Counted from the first letter of the stretch, positions 1 to 11,147 are shown. The stretch: DNA of 40,585 nucleotides from Octopus bimaculoides (GCF_001194135.2 NC_069002.1:21678352-21718936); one strand, 5' to 3'. Made by a program: numbers and translations. Notes: a model not told the origin generated them from the sequence alone.

Positions 1-67
1 ACTATGGGGTTGATAAAATCGATTTCCTCCACCTCAGACTTGCTGGCATTGTGTCAAAAGTACAAAT
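1..67 (+). mobile_element. 3' end of tRNA-derived SINE (family A), cut by the window edge
   Basis: GGGGTTGATAAAATCGATT...TTGCTGGCATTGTGTCAAAAG resembles the 3' part of the family A copy at 26467-26663. Confidence 0.55.
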
Positions 68-77
68 AGTAATAATG

Positions 78-162
<85 letters not shown>

Positions 163-181
163 CCATGATGATGATGATGAT
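68..181. repeat. compound trinucleotide microsatellite (TAA)n(CAA)n(GAT)n
   Basis: Direct reading; explains the poly-Leu ORF 34..234. Confidence 0.95.
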
Positions 182-277
182 ACATCATTCACGAGATATA
201 GCCGGAGGTTTTGAATTCTAAGGTAACGCAACAAAGCAACTGCTACTAATTTATCTCTATTGATGTCTCATCAACAG

Positions 278-338
278 GAAGTGCTAAACTTGGCATTAAA
301 TACTGACGATTTTAATAGTCCTCCAGCTGCCAAGAACG
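278..338 (+). CDS. candidate coding exon (EVLNLALNTDDFNSPPAAKN+G), phase 0 to 1, GC donor
   Basis: Branch-like TACTAAT, acceptor TCAACAG at 271-277, open frame, donor G|GCAAGT; phase fits 2910-3016. Confidence 0.3.
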
Positions 339-924
339 GCAAGTGCATCCTACCCATTGACTATATTTATTGCTAAGTAGAATTGGTTATTAACACAAAA
401 CATCGGTAATGATAGTACACGAATTATTAACCTATCAACCAGCTGCCTTCAGCCTTATCAGTTCGACAGTATATATTTTTTATTACACATTCAACTTTCA
501 ACTGACAGTTTTTATCCGATTTCCGTCATGAAAATTTTCATCTCTAACAATAATATGTAAATCAATGTAAAATATGTAGTGTTCTTATCGACATGTACTA
601 TATGCACAAGCGTCCTACTTTTAGAAAATAAATCATGCATTTCAAATTTGTTTTCTTTCTATCTCATGAATGATAGCTCTGAAATCCTTTAATTCCTTTC
701 AATTTCATTGAGTACTTTTTAATATATTTACTTCAGTTTTATATGAATTAACACGTGTTTTAGACAGTTATATCTGTATCTGTCAGCTTACATGCAATGC
801 TTTTGGTTTTTTAAGATTTATTAATTTAAATTTATTACTAAATCAATCTAGCATTTTTCAGACTAGATAAGCAACCTAAGCGAATTTTGTTTTTTTTTTA
901 AATCAACGCCAATTCACTACCTAC

Positions 925-1052
925 TTCTTAGTTTCCCTTATCCTGATTGAAAAGTTGGAAAAACTTTCAGTCAGCGAATCGTGGAATAAAGTGCAACCAA
1001 AATATCCAGCTCTGTGTTTAGCCTCCTACTTATGATCGAGTTATTATAACGT
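925..1052 (+). mobile_element. possible decayed hAT (Charlie/Buster-like) transposase C-terminal fragment
   Basis: 964-1014 reads LSVSESWNKVQPKYPAL, resembling the hAT dimerisation-domain pattern L..FW.KV...YP.L; stop soon after. Confidence 0.3.
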
Positions 1053-1067
1053 ATTTGCTGTATGTGT

Positions 1068-1299
1068 TATTTCTTTACTACCCACAAGGGGCTACACACA
1101 GAGGGGACAAACAAGGACAGACAAACGGATTAAATCGATTATATCGACCCCAGTGCGTAACCGGTACTTATTTAATCGACCCCGAAAGGATGAAAGGCAA
1201 AGTCGACCTCGGCGGAATTTGAACTCAGAACGTAGCGGGCAGACGAAATACCGCTAAGCATTTCGCCCGGTGTGCTAACGGTTCTGCCAGCTCACCGCC
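1068..1299 (-). mobile_element. near full-length tRNA-derived SINE (family A) with perfect 15-bp TSD
   Basis: Minus strand begins GGCGGTGAGCTGGCAGAA, with B-box GAGTTCAAATTCC; ATTTGCTGTATGTGT is duplicated at 1053-1067 and 1300-1314. Confidence 0.95.
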
Positions 1300-1646
1300 A
1301 TTTGCTGTATGTGTGGCGTATGAATAAAACACATTTTGCAATTCTGTTAAATTCTTATTTCAGAGACGACAGTCATACCTCCGGAACCATTCAATTCCCC
1401 GGAAATATTTCACTGAGCGTTTAGAAAAGACTTCCTTCTGTTCTACACGATTTTAAACGTATTCAACGGCTGCTATGCATACATAAACACATACTTACAT
1501 TCATACATGCACATACATATACACACACTCATCATGCATGTTTTGCATACATATACAAATACATATATATAGATAGATAAGTATAGATATACATACATAT
1601 GCACAGATATTTAGAAAAATATACATATATGTATTATATTTATTTA

Positions 1647-1647
<1 letters not shown>

Positions 1648-1682
<35 letters not shown>

Positions 1683-1742
1683 TGTGTGTGTGTGTGTATG
1701 CGTCTGTGTGTTTGTCTGTGTGCGCACGCATGCGTGTGTGTA
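1648..1742. repeat. (GT)n microsatellite
   Basis: Direct reading. Confidence 0.95.
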
Positions 1743-2279
1743 AATACATTATTTGACTGTTCAATAAACATGCGTCATTTAAGCATCTTACATTAGACTA
1801 TACACTTGACAGAAACACTATAAATGTACATATACTCTCTCTTTCTGTCTCTTTCTCTATTACTCTCTCTCTCTCTCTTTCACACATACACGCACACACA
1901 CAGACACACACAAACGCCCGCGCACACACATACACCAAGGAGTGAAAACCATATGAAATCCAGGAATATATTGCAGTTTATGGCTTTTTACAGTTTATTT
2001 ACTTTTATTCATTTCTATTTGTACTTTCCTAGTAAACGTGGGAGTTTGTCTCAATTGTGTGTAGGCGTGACGTTCGTAGAGCAAAGTAGGACATTCTTTA
2101 ACAGCTAGACATGCAAATTGTGTAACCTCTTGGTGTGTCAGTGGTTACAATACCCACATTTTTAAAGTAAACTACTTCCCATCATCAGCAGCCGCTCGAA
2201 TTTCTAATACTATCGTCACTAAATTGTAGATATTACTAAATCCTTCACTACATGCTCAGATACCAACATTTTTATACCA

Positions 2280-2740
2280 ATTATCACCATTATAGTCATT
2301 TTATTCCCGTCATGCGATTCCCCCATCTCCGAAATAGCACCAACAATCTTACTACTACCATTACTACGCTCCTAACTTCCATCGCCAGCACTAACCTCAC
2401 TGTAGCCATCAATTTCCGCCAATTCCCATAAATCGTAATCCTATATCCATGCCACTGACCACACCACTTCTCCACTAGCATTACTACATTCGCAGCCTAC
2501 ATTCTTACTGCTTTATTCCGACCACCAACACCACCATTTCCATATACAACAAAAACCACCACCACTACCACTACGAATACCACCAACTCCACTCCACCGC
2601 TACCATTACTACATTCGCAACCAAAACCACCACCACCACCACTTCCACCGTTTTATTCCCATCGCCAACATCGCCATTTCTACCACTATATCCATGCAAC
2701 CAACACCATCAGCACCTTCCCTACATTCCTACCACCAGCC
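2280..2740. repeat. degenerate ACC/ACT-rich low-complexity tract
   Basis: Recurrent CACCAC/ACTACC/CCATT motifs. Confidence 0.8.
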
Positions 2741-2909
2741 TCAATCAAAACTTTCCAGCCAAAAGCATTTCCCGATTCCCCAGCAGAATCATCCAATCCT
2801 CTATATCTCTAACATGTTAGTTACAAGAGGGAGAAGATATTTGCCTTTTGTTGCAACTCACTTCCGTGATTGAATTTTTATGTCTGTTGCAAGAGTTTTG
2901 TTATATCAG

Positions 2910-3016
2910 CGAAGCCGACACTAAAAAATCCTGCTTTAATCTTTGTAACACCTTGGAGAAAATATTCCAAACTCATTAAAAATATTAATAAGGATAAAAG
3001 AATTGAAATTCTATTG
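2910..3016 (+). CDS. candidate coding exon ((A)KPTLKNPALIFVTPWRKYSKLIKNINKDKRIEILL), phase 1 to 0
   Basis: Acceptor TTTTGTTATATCAG, donor TTG|GTGAGT; only one of three frames is open across it. Confidence 0.45.
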
Positions 3017-3109
3017 GTGAGTAATTATTTAGTTTGGTGGTTATATTCTTTGTTTTTTAAGAACTTTGTGACAGACATAAAATGTGAAAATAAAAATTGA
3101 TTACAAGCT

Positions 3110-3212
3110 AAAAGCTTTGTTTCTGTTTTTGTTATTGTTGTTATTATTGTTTAGCCCCAGGTTAGATACATCGAGAAGTACCTATGATCAAATGTCTTCT
3201 ACCTAACTATTT
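3110..3212 (-). mobile_element. 3' remnant of CAA-tailed SINE (family E)
   Basis: (TTG)n then TTTAGCCCCAGGT...ACCTATGATCAAA, the reverse complement of the end of the 11340-11552 copy. Confidence 0.6.
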
Positions 3213-3296
3213 TTGTTACACGTTGCTTATGGACGCAACGTGTAACTTCAACTGAAAGTGAGGTGAGAAGGGAGGTAATGGAGGAAATGTGCGGAG

Positions 3297-3338
<42 letters not shown>

Positions 3339-3685
3339 TAAATACAGTCTGCCGTATATATTCCCAGGATACATAGCATCTTCATCAATATCAATAACCC
3401 GTCAACTACATTATTANNNNNNNNNNGAATGAACCTGCCTCAGGCTCTTAAAAACCTAGAAAGTTTAGGTGATATGGTTTCGATTGCTACTGATCTCTCC
3501 TCATTTTTTTTTTTCAGTTCACTTTGATGTTCGCTTTGTATGTTAGAAAACAAGAAGTTCAAATATACTCCTATAAACAAGTATTAACAGTGATAAACTA
3601 ATGGAGGATCCATGAGTTGGGAATTAGTACCACGTCCGCTAAATACAGTACAGAAAGCAGAACAAAGCTGATAGTTGTACCACAG

Positions 3686-3710
3686 GTGGTACGAGGCCTT
3701 GAAGTGATTG
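3686..3710 (+). CDS. candidate 25-nt exon (VVRGLEVI+G), phase 0 to 1
   Basis: CCACAG acceptor (weak pyrimidine tract), strong donor TTG|GTAAGT; phases fit both neighbours. Confidence 0.35.
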
Positions 3711-3947
3711 GTAAGTTCACACCGTTTTATGATTATAGCATTGCCGTTTAGCTGCCAGTTTCTACATTAGCGACGAATAGAGAAGGAATATAGTGTTTGA
3801 TGTGAGGAGGGATATTTGCAAAATGGTCACTTGTTTAATATCTGTAATGGCTTTTTTAATGGTTTGTAGATTGGATAGTGTTTACACTTATGGAAGCAAC
3901 GTGTAACTTCAGCTAGAAGTGAGGAGAGGGGGTAATAATGGAGGATG

Positions 3948-3949
<2 letters not shown>

Positions 3950-4004
<55 letters not shown>

Positions 4005-4277
4005 TTGGAGGCGACAGGGAGGGAGCGAGAATGAAGTGGGAGATTGTTTATTCAAAGACAAAATAATCAGAAGGAGAAGGGATAAAAGCAAGAGAGATTC
4101 ATAGAGAAAAGGTGGGATGAGACGATAAAGGTGAGAGAAATCGAGAGTGGGGTAGAGGGAAGGGAAAATGGAAGCAACAAACAAAGGAAGGGGGCTGATT
4201 TTATGAGATGAGATAGCCTGTCCCAACGGGGTAATAATTGTAATTGATGGGAGGAAGTTTAAAGAAGAACGAAAGAA

Positions 4278-4341
<64 letters not shown>

Positions 4342-4390
4342 AAAAAGATAAAAAGAAAGAAAGAAGGAAAGAAAGAAAGAAAGTGGTGAG
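3950..4390. repeat. purine-rich tract with (GA)n and (GAAA)n arrays
   Basis: (GA)n about 3955-4003; (GAAA)n about 4270-4383. Confidence 0.95.
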
Positions 4391-4714
4391 GAAGAGAGAT
4401 AGAAAGACAGTAATAGAAAAAGTGAAGCAAAGCATTGACGTATGTAGAAAGACATGCTCTGCTGCAGTACGTCATCAACGTGGTTATTATTATTATCAAG
4501 GTCATCATTATCATCATCATCAAGTTTATGATCATTATCATCATCATTCTCTCTTCCTCCTCCCCTCCTCCTCCTCGTCATCATCATCAGTAGCAGCAAC
4601 GTAGTGCCACCACTATCATCACTCTATCCCCACCAACACCACCATTCTCTCCACCACCACAGTTTCAGTCTTCCCAATAATAATCATTCTGTTTTTAATT
4701 TTAGTTCACAATCA

Positions 4715-4892
4715 CTAATATTAGGGAACGAGTAGGTCGATTACATCAATCCAGGTACTTCACAATTAGTTTATGTTATCGATCCTGAAAGAATGAAAGA
4801 CAAAGCTGACCTCAGCAAGATTTGAACTCTGAACATAAAGAGTCGAAAGAAATGCCACAAAGCATTTAGTCCGATGCTTTAATGTTTCTGCA
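4715..4892 (-). mobile_element. degenerate family A SINE
   Basis: ATCGATCCTGAAAGAATGAAAGACAAAGCTGACCTCAGCAAGATTTGAACTCTGAAC aligns to the 1068-1299 core. Confidence 0.8.
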
Positions 4893-5715
4893 GAAACGGT
4901 AGAACCAACTGACAAAACACAAAGCACCATGAGGCCTCAGTAGCATTAAAGAGAATTGACAATTTCCCTGCAAGTAGCACGTTAGTCAATCGGAGCAGTA
5001 TTTCCTGTGAGGACAAGTAAATTGTACATTATAAACACACGAATCGCCTGTCAGTTCCACAAGAATTCTCCTGTTTGTATCTCTTGGACATCGTCCTTAC
5101 AGCTGCGTTGATTCGGTCGATGAGAGATCAATATCTGCTTATCATGAACACATGCAATAAGATATATAGGAGTTTCGCACTGTAAATATCTAAATCAGAT
5201 CTTTGATAACTTACCAATCACCTCACTTATTAGAAGCAGTAGAGCGGTGAGTTATTTCAGAATAATGTAATATCGATATATTCAATGGCGAAATATCGCC
5301 AAAATATATTTGGATGAAATACTGAGAATGGGTGCTGTGTTCTGTCAAGGTATTACCGTATTAGCAAGCAAGGACAATAATCCACGAGTTGATTCTGTCC
5401 TTCCGGTCTTTGATGATTTCACTCCCTCGATTCTGGTCGTACGAAGGAAGCACTTCAAATGTGTTTACAGCCGATAATATAATATCGATTTTAGTGTTTT
5501 GTCTTGGTACTGTTTTATTGATTTGATGAAGGACGAAAAGCAACTCGACCGCGATATTAACGAGCGTAATTCGCTTAGAAATAAATATCACATTATTTTT
5601 ATTCGACGCACCGATTGCACTAACAACACTTACCTATATATCTACCTACTTATATATACGATACGTACGTATGTATGTTATCAATCAGTTTCATTTCTGT
5701 ATTTCTTGTCCATAG

Positions 5716-5781
5716 AGAAAGAGCCGGACTCTAACATAGATTCAAGGCGCCTTCAGTGGAACTTTTATCAACATCATCTAG
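5716..5781 (+). CDS. candidate coding exon ((E)KEPDSNIDSRRLQWNFYQHHL+G), phase 1 to 1
   Basis: Strong acceptor TTTCTGTATTTCTTGTCCATAG, donor AG|GTATTT; only the phase-1 frame is open, as the preceding candidate requires. Confidence 0.45.
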
Positions 5782-5954
5782 GTATTTGTGCATATGTGTG
5801 TGTGTGCAGTATTTGGTGTTAGTGTATGTGCAGATTTGTATGTTTTTTTATGGATGCGTTTTAGATGTATTTATGTATGTATGTATGTATACGTATTTGA
5901 AATCTTTCTGTATGTGTATGTATAATACACACATCTATATTTATGATGACGACG

Positions 5955-6240
5955 ACGAGTGTTACGATGACGAGTGTTCCAGTTGATCCTATTTATCAAC
6001 CTAACAGCTTGCTTGTGAAATTAACGTGCAAGTGGCTGAGTACTCTACAGACAGGCGTGTCTTTAACGTAGATCTCAGGTATATTCAGTGTGACACAGAA
6101 TGTGACAAGGCTATCTCTTTGAATTACAGGTACAACCCATTTTTGCCAGTTGCGTGAACTGGAGCATCGTGAAATAAACTGTCTTGCTCAAGGACACAAC
6201 GCACCGCCAAGATTCGAACTCACGACCTCACGATGAAGTC
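5955..6240 (-). mobile_element. tRNA-derived SINE with CORE-like centre (family D)
   Basis: GTCTTGCTCAAGGACACAAC and B-box complement GATTCGAACTC; related pieces at 23255-23365, 34765-35005 and 36170-36305. Confidence 0.8.
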
Positions 6241-6533
6241 TCTCTTTTCATTAATGGCCAGTTTTGGAGAAATTCTTGATTTTCACCATATCCATTGCTA
6301 CTGAGTGAGTGGTGTCCTCTCTTGGGCAGCGAAAAGAATTTCAAAAACTCGTGACTTTATCGAACAAATTATTGAATTTAGTCTTATTCGTCCTTGTTGT
6401 TCATTGCACAAAATTGGCTCCTCTCACTTTTCTTCGTTCATTTTATGTACCCACCCAGACACACACACACAAACACACACACACACATTCATATATGTAT
6501 ATACAGATATGTATGTGTGTGTATATGTGTGTG

Positions 6534-6765
6534 TGCCCAACTCTTCGAAACGCCAGTGTTAAAACGGGGGTAGCTGATGAAGGAAAATGTCCTCTATGTG
6601 GCTTGTGTGTTTTCTGTACTCTGGTTATTATTATTTCTTGTCTACGTTTTGTTTGCAATGTCCTGTACCCAGATATGCACCTATATATACAGGTAGACGT
6701 AGGTATGTACACACCTGTACGTATATATGCATATACTCATTTATTATTTGTTTTTATATATATAT
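6534..6765 (+). repeat. unclassified ~235-bp repeat, copy 1 (inverted copy at 37890-38123)
   Basis: Near-identical to the reverse complement of 37890-38123 (about a dozen differences by eye). Confidence 0.9.
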
Positions 6766-6797
6766 ACATATATACAATAATAATAATGATGATGATG

Positions 6798-6831
<34 letters not shown>

Positions 6832-7063
6832 GAAATAACGCCACGCATCCATTTCCAAGTAAGTTTATCTTCTTATTTTTGATGCGACTCTACCTTTACT
6901 GTTTTGTTTCCCCCTTTCGTTTTCTCTCTCATCCTTTCTCTAATTCCTATTTTTCTCCCCCTCATCGTTTTTTATCTGTCTCTCTCTTCCTCTTTCTCCT
7001 TTACTCTCTCTCTCTCCCTCTTTCACCTTTACTCTCTCTCTCTCTCTCCCTCTTTCACCTTTA

Positions 7064-7094
<31 letters not shown>

Positions 7095-7146
7095 GTTGCT
7101 CACAAGTGACCATCGTCCATATTTCTTTTCCTTCAGTGGTGTCGTA

Positions 7147-7272
7147 GTTTATCGACCCAGAAAGGATGAAAGGCAAAGTAGACCTTTGCGGAATTCGAGC
7201 TCAGAACACGAAGACTGACGAAATACAACTAAGCATTTCGCCTGGCGTGCTAACGCTTCTGCCAGCTCGCCT
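7147..7272 (-). mobile_element. family A SINE, 5' and central part
   Basis: ATCGACCCAGAAAGGATGAAAGGCAAAGTAGACC...CTGCCAGCTCGCC. Confidence 0.9.
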
Positions 7273-7406
7273 CATATATATATAAATCTCAGTGTTTGAA
7301 TATTTCATTTAAATATTTTTACGCACCATGTGCTCTGATTTTGGCGCAAAACAAAACCAGTTGCAGTCAGAGACTAACGTGAACAGTCATGGATTTAAAC
7401 TGGTAG

Positions 7407-7462
7407 TCCACACTGACGAGGCTCAAGGTTGAATAACCAAAAGCAGAAACCTGGTTTGTGGA
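7407..7462 (+). ncRNA. minimal type I hammerhead ribozyme motif (Penelope-type), nearly intact
   Basis: Stem I TCCACA(7407-12)/TGTGGA(7457-62), core CTGACGA(7413-19), stem II GCT/AGC with a G:A closing mismatch, GAAA(7446-49), palindrome-like stem III ACCTGGT, GUU triplet. Confidence 0.7.
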
Positions 7463-7995
7463 TATCCGTAATTGCATAATATTTTTATTTGTGCTGTTAA
7501 ATGTTTTAATTCGGTCTGTTTTCCTCGCATACTGTTTTTCTCTGTTATTTTGGTGCGCTACGGTGGATTATTTAAGACTTGGCTCTTATTTCTAGCAGGT
7601 AGATGCTCATTAAGCATCATTACGNNNNNNNNNNNNNNNNNNNNNNNNNNNNNNNNNNNNNNNNNNNNNNNNNNNNNNNNNNNNNNNNNNNNNNNNNNNN
7701 NNNNNNNNNNNNNNNNNNNNNNNNNNNNNNNNNNNNNNNNNNNNNNNNNNNNNNNNNNNNNNNNNNNNNNNNNNNNNNNNNNNNNNNNNNNNNNNNNNNN
7801 NNNNNNNNNNNNNNNNNNNNNNNNNNNNNNNNNNNNNNNNNNNNNNNNNNNNNNNNNNNNNNNNNNNNNNNNNNNNNNNNNNNNNNNNNNNNNNNNNNNN
7901 NNNNNNNNNNNNNNNNNNNNNNNNNNNNNNNNNNNNNNNNNNNNNNNNNNNNNNNNNNNNNNNNNNNNNNNNNNNNNNNNNNNNNNNNNNNNNNN

Positions 7996-8311
7996 NGAGT
8001 GGCTGTATGGTAAAGTAGTTTGCTTACCAACCACATGGTTCCGAGTTCAGTCCCACTGCGTGGCACCTTGGGCAAGTGTATTCTACTATAGCCTCGGGCC
8101 GACCAAAGCTTTGTGAGTGGATTTGGTAGTCCCCCCAACATCGCTTGACAACCAATTATGGTGTGTTTACGTCTCCGTCACTTAGCGGTTCAGCAAAAGA
8201 AACCGATAGAATAAGTACTAGGCTTACAAAGAATAAGTCCTGGGATCGATTGCTCGACTAAAGGCGGTGCTCCAGCATGGCCACAGTCAAATGACTGAAA
8301 CAAATAAAAGA
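7996..8311 (+). mobile_element. tRNA-derived SINE (family B) lacking its central microsatellite
   Basis: A-box TGGCTGTATGG, B-box AGTTCAGTCCC, CORE-like GCACCTTGGGCAAGTG; 3' end GACTGAAACAAATAAAAGA. Confidence 0.9.
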
Positions 8312-9550
8312 CCAAAATACTAAAAGACATATACACATCATAGGAAATTCGAAATTTCGGTAGAATAAGAAATAGTTAGTTTCTAAGAGTTGAACTCGAT
8401 GTAGATAAAGCTATAATTAATAACGTCGTAAATATTGGATTACAAAGCCTTCGAATAGCAATAGGCTCTAAATTACTGAATTCGTTGGACAAATGCAAAC
8501 TATTCTTCAATACCTTTTAAATGCATGTCGTAAACTGAAACGTTCGATGCTTTCGATTTCATATCTGATGCCGCTTGTTATTCGTTCTCCCTACCTCCAA
8601 AACAAGCAAGAATTTGATGCTGTAGACTTCTTCAATGTATCTAATTGCCAGGAGGAAGTAGAGTTTGAAACCATCCTCAATGCTGGTTTGAGCCAGCTTG
8701 GTTTTGTTAAGTTTAATCATGCTGTTCATCCTGGTCCCGCACAGCGTTCGGACAGCTCATGATTATACTGAGCTGTCCGACGAAGTCTTTAACTGGCGAC
8801 CCGATGCATGTCTATCTATGTTGTGGTCTTGATAAACTGAAGCATTGATAAAGCGTTTCTCTTGTAAGGATTGTAAAAACCAATGTGTTTTAATATATTG
8901 TAAACTAAAAGAATGTTTTTGAGTAAATTTCTCTTACATTAATCTGCGATGGTAATTCTTCATTTGTCGCCCCTATACCCAATCGAATATTGAAATTGGC
9001 ACCAATTCGTAGGTTAATCTTACGAAATCTCATTCTTCGAGGTTTCGAAAGATTTAACTTTTTGTTGAGTTCCACTTGTCCTGTCGGGAATCCGTGCCAG
9101 AAGCTCTAGTAATTGTAACTTTGATAAACTCATATACTACCGAGATGTAACTTTCAATCCCTTGGTTGAAAGCAACTAAAACTAAAGGCGGTTTCCTGAA
9201 GGCATTGCTTCGAAAACTAACACCTTGTCATAACCCCCATTTTTATCATCATCATCATTATCGTACTTAATTACAGCTGCAATAGCTACTGTACCATTTA
9301 CATATCAAGTAAAACAAAAGCTAGAAGAGAGAAGAGAAGGTATACGCACACAAACACACACGCAGAGAACACATGCAACCACTCATACATAAATACATAT
9401 GTACGCTGCTTTGTGTCGAAGGAATGAGATAGGAACGTTCGATACATTGTTGAGGACATAGATTTTATTGAACGAGAAACTGGAGTCACGAGGGAAACCC
9501 TCCATTATGTCGAAATGTATGCATTTATGCGTGTTCTTGCATCTTTGGGT

Positions 9551-9810
9551 ATTTATTCTTTCACTTGACTCAGTCATTAGGCTCCGGCCCATGCTGGGGT
9601 ACCACCTTCAGGAATTCTAGTCGAATGAATCGACCCCAGTACTTATTTCTTTTTTTAAAACCGAGTACTCATTCTATTGATATCTTTGGTTGAACCGCTC
9701 AGTTACGGGGACGCAAACACATCAACACCGGTTGTCAAACGGTGATGGGGACAAACACAGACACAAAGATACACACAGACATACATACACACAAAATATC
9801 AGTAAATATG

Positions 9811-9848
<38 letters not shown>

Positions 9849-9983
9849 AGGTTTCTTTCGGTTTCCGTCTACCAAATCCATCCGAGGTTCTAGCAGAAAA
9901 CGACACTCGTCCAAAAGTGCCACTCAGTGGGACTGAACCAAGAGCCATATGATTACAAAGCAAGCTTCTTACTACACAGCCAC
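9551..9983 (-). mobile_element. family B SINE with internal (CA)n
   Basis: Reverse complement aligns head to tail with 7996-8311, plus a central microsatellite. Confidence 0.9.
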
Positions 9984-9984
9984 C

Positions 9985-10423
9985 CATGCATGTATGTATG
10001 TATGCATGCATGTGTGTATGTATGTATGTATGTATGTATGTATGTATGAATGCATGCATGCATGCATGTATGTATGTATGTATGTATGTATGTATATCCA
10101 CTTTTGGTTAAATATCCAGGAGAGAACAATAACGATAGTGCTGAGTGCAGTAGAAATGTATGTGTAAAAGACGTGAGATGACTAGTAAAATGGCTTTGGA
10201 AAAAGTCTGACTGCGCCGAAACGACCTTGGATTCCAGATCCTAGAGCGGACCAGATGTTTTCCACGTCTATTTGTCATATTTTATTAACTATTTTCCATG
10301 ACGACTCATATTTATAAATATGTATGTCTATATTTGAGTATCCATGCGATATATATATATGTGTGAGTGTGTTAATGCATGTGCATATATATATGTATAT
10401 ATATACATATATATATATATATA

Positions 10424-10475
<52 letters not shown>
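9985..10475. repeat. (ATGT)n and (AT)n microsatellites
   Basis: (ATGT)n 9986-10096; (AT)n about 10385-10474. Confidence 0.9.
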
Positions 10476-10479
<4 letters not shown>

Positions 10480-10560
10480 ATTGTGTCTGCATGTATCAAC
10501 GTGTGAGTGCAGATAATTGTTCTCTGTGTTAATTATTAGTTCAACTGTGGTTATATTTAG

Positions 10561-10636
10561 CCGTCAGCCATGTTGATGCACCTCTGGAATCTGTCTGGGT
10601 CGGTGCTTATGAAGATGACAAACAATTTGACATCAA
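10561..10636 (+). CDS. candidate coding exon ((A)VSHVDAPLESVWVGAYEDDKQFDI+AA), phase 1 to 2
   Basis: Acceptor TTATATTTAG, donor AA|GTAATT; GC-richer unique island between microsatellites; protein-like composition; phase fits 5716-5781. The phase-0 frame is also open. Confidence 0.45.
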
Positions 10637-10721
10637 GTAATTATAACGGCCTCAAGTGCAATGTAAATGAATTGCTATTAATTTCTGTGATATGTTGAGT
10701 GGGATAGAATGGATAGCAGAA

Positions 10722-10782
<61 letters not shown>

Positions 10783-11114
10783 GAGAAAGATGAGCGATGA
10801 TGCGAGGACAGGTCGGCTGAGAAGGAAACTTGTAGAGATTAGCTTAACGATAAGCATATAATGAAATGTATGTATGCATGTATGTATGCATGTATGTATG
10901 CATGTATGTATGCATGTATGTATGCATGTGCGTATGTATGCATGTGCGTTTGCATGTGTATATTGCCTGTATTTTTGTGTATATGTGTATGAAACACGTG
11001 ACTGTCTCTTCATATGTGAGAAAAATGTATTTCCTGGTATTAATTCCGAAAATTAATATTGACGTATTTATTAGTACCGATATTGAGGAGAGGTTAGGTG
11101 AGCGAGGGGGGGGG

Positions 11115-11147
<33 letters not shown>

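Noticed and set aside
3518-3580. Extra exon FTLMFALYVRKQEVQIYSYKQ after a poly-T acceptor
   Set aside because: Weak donor (AA|GTATTA) and not needed for frame continuity; unsupported
3686-3710. Cyclophilin call from VVRGLEVI
   Set aside because: The preceding FG and all other cyclophilin motifs are missing
6305-6445. Protein-like frames LSWAAKRISKTRDFIEQIIEF and a 6262-6304 exon
   Set aside because: No convincing donor for the former; the latter breaks the phase chain; no motif recognised
6540-6595. Type II hammerhead in the duplicated repeat
   Set aside because: GAAA, palindromic stem III and CTGATGA are present, but no stem I forms between them
8493-8762. 89-aa plus-strand ORF
   Set aside because: No recognisable motif or good splice boundaries
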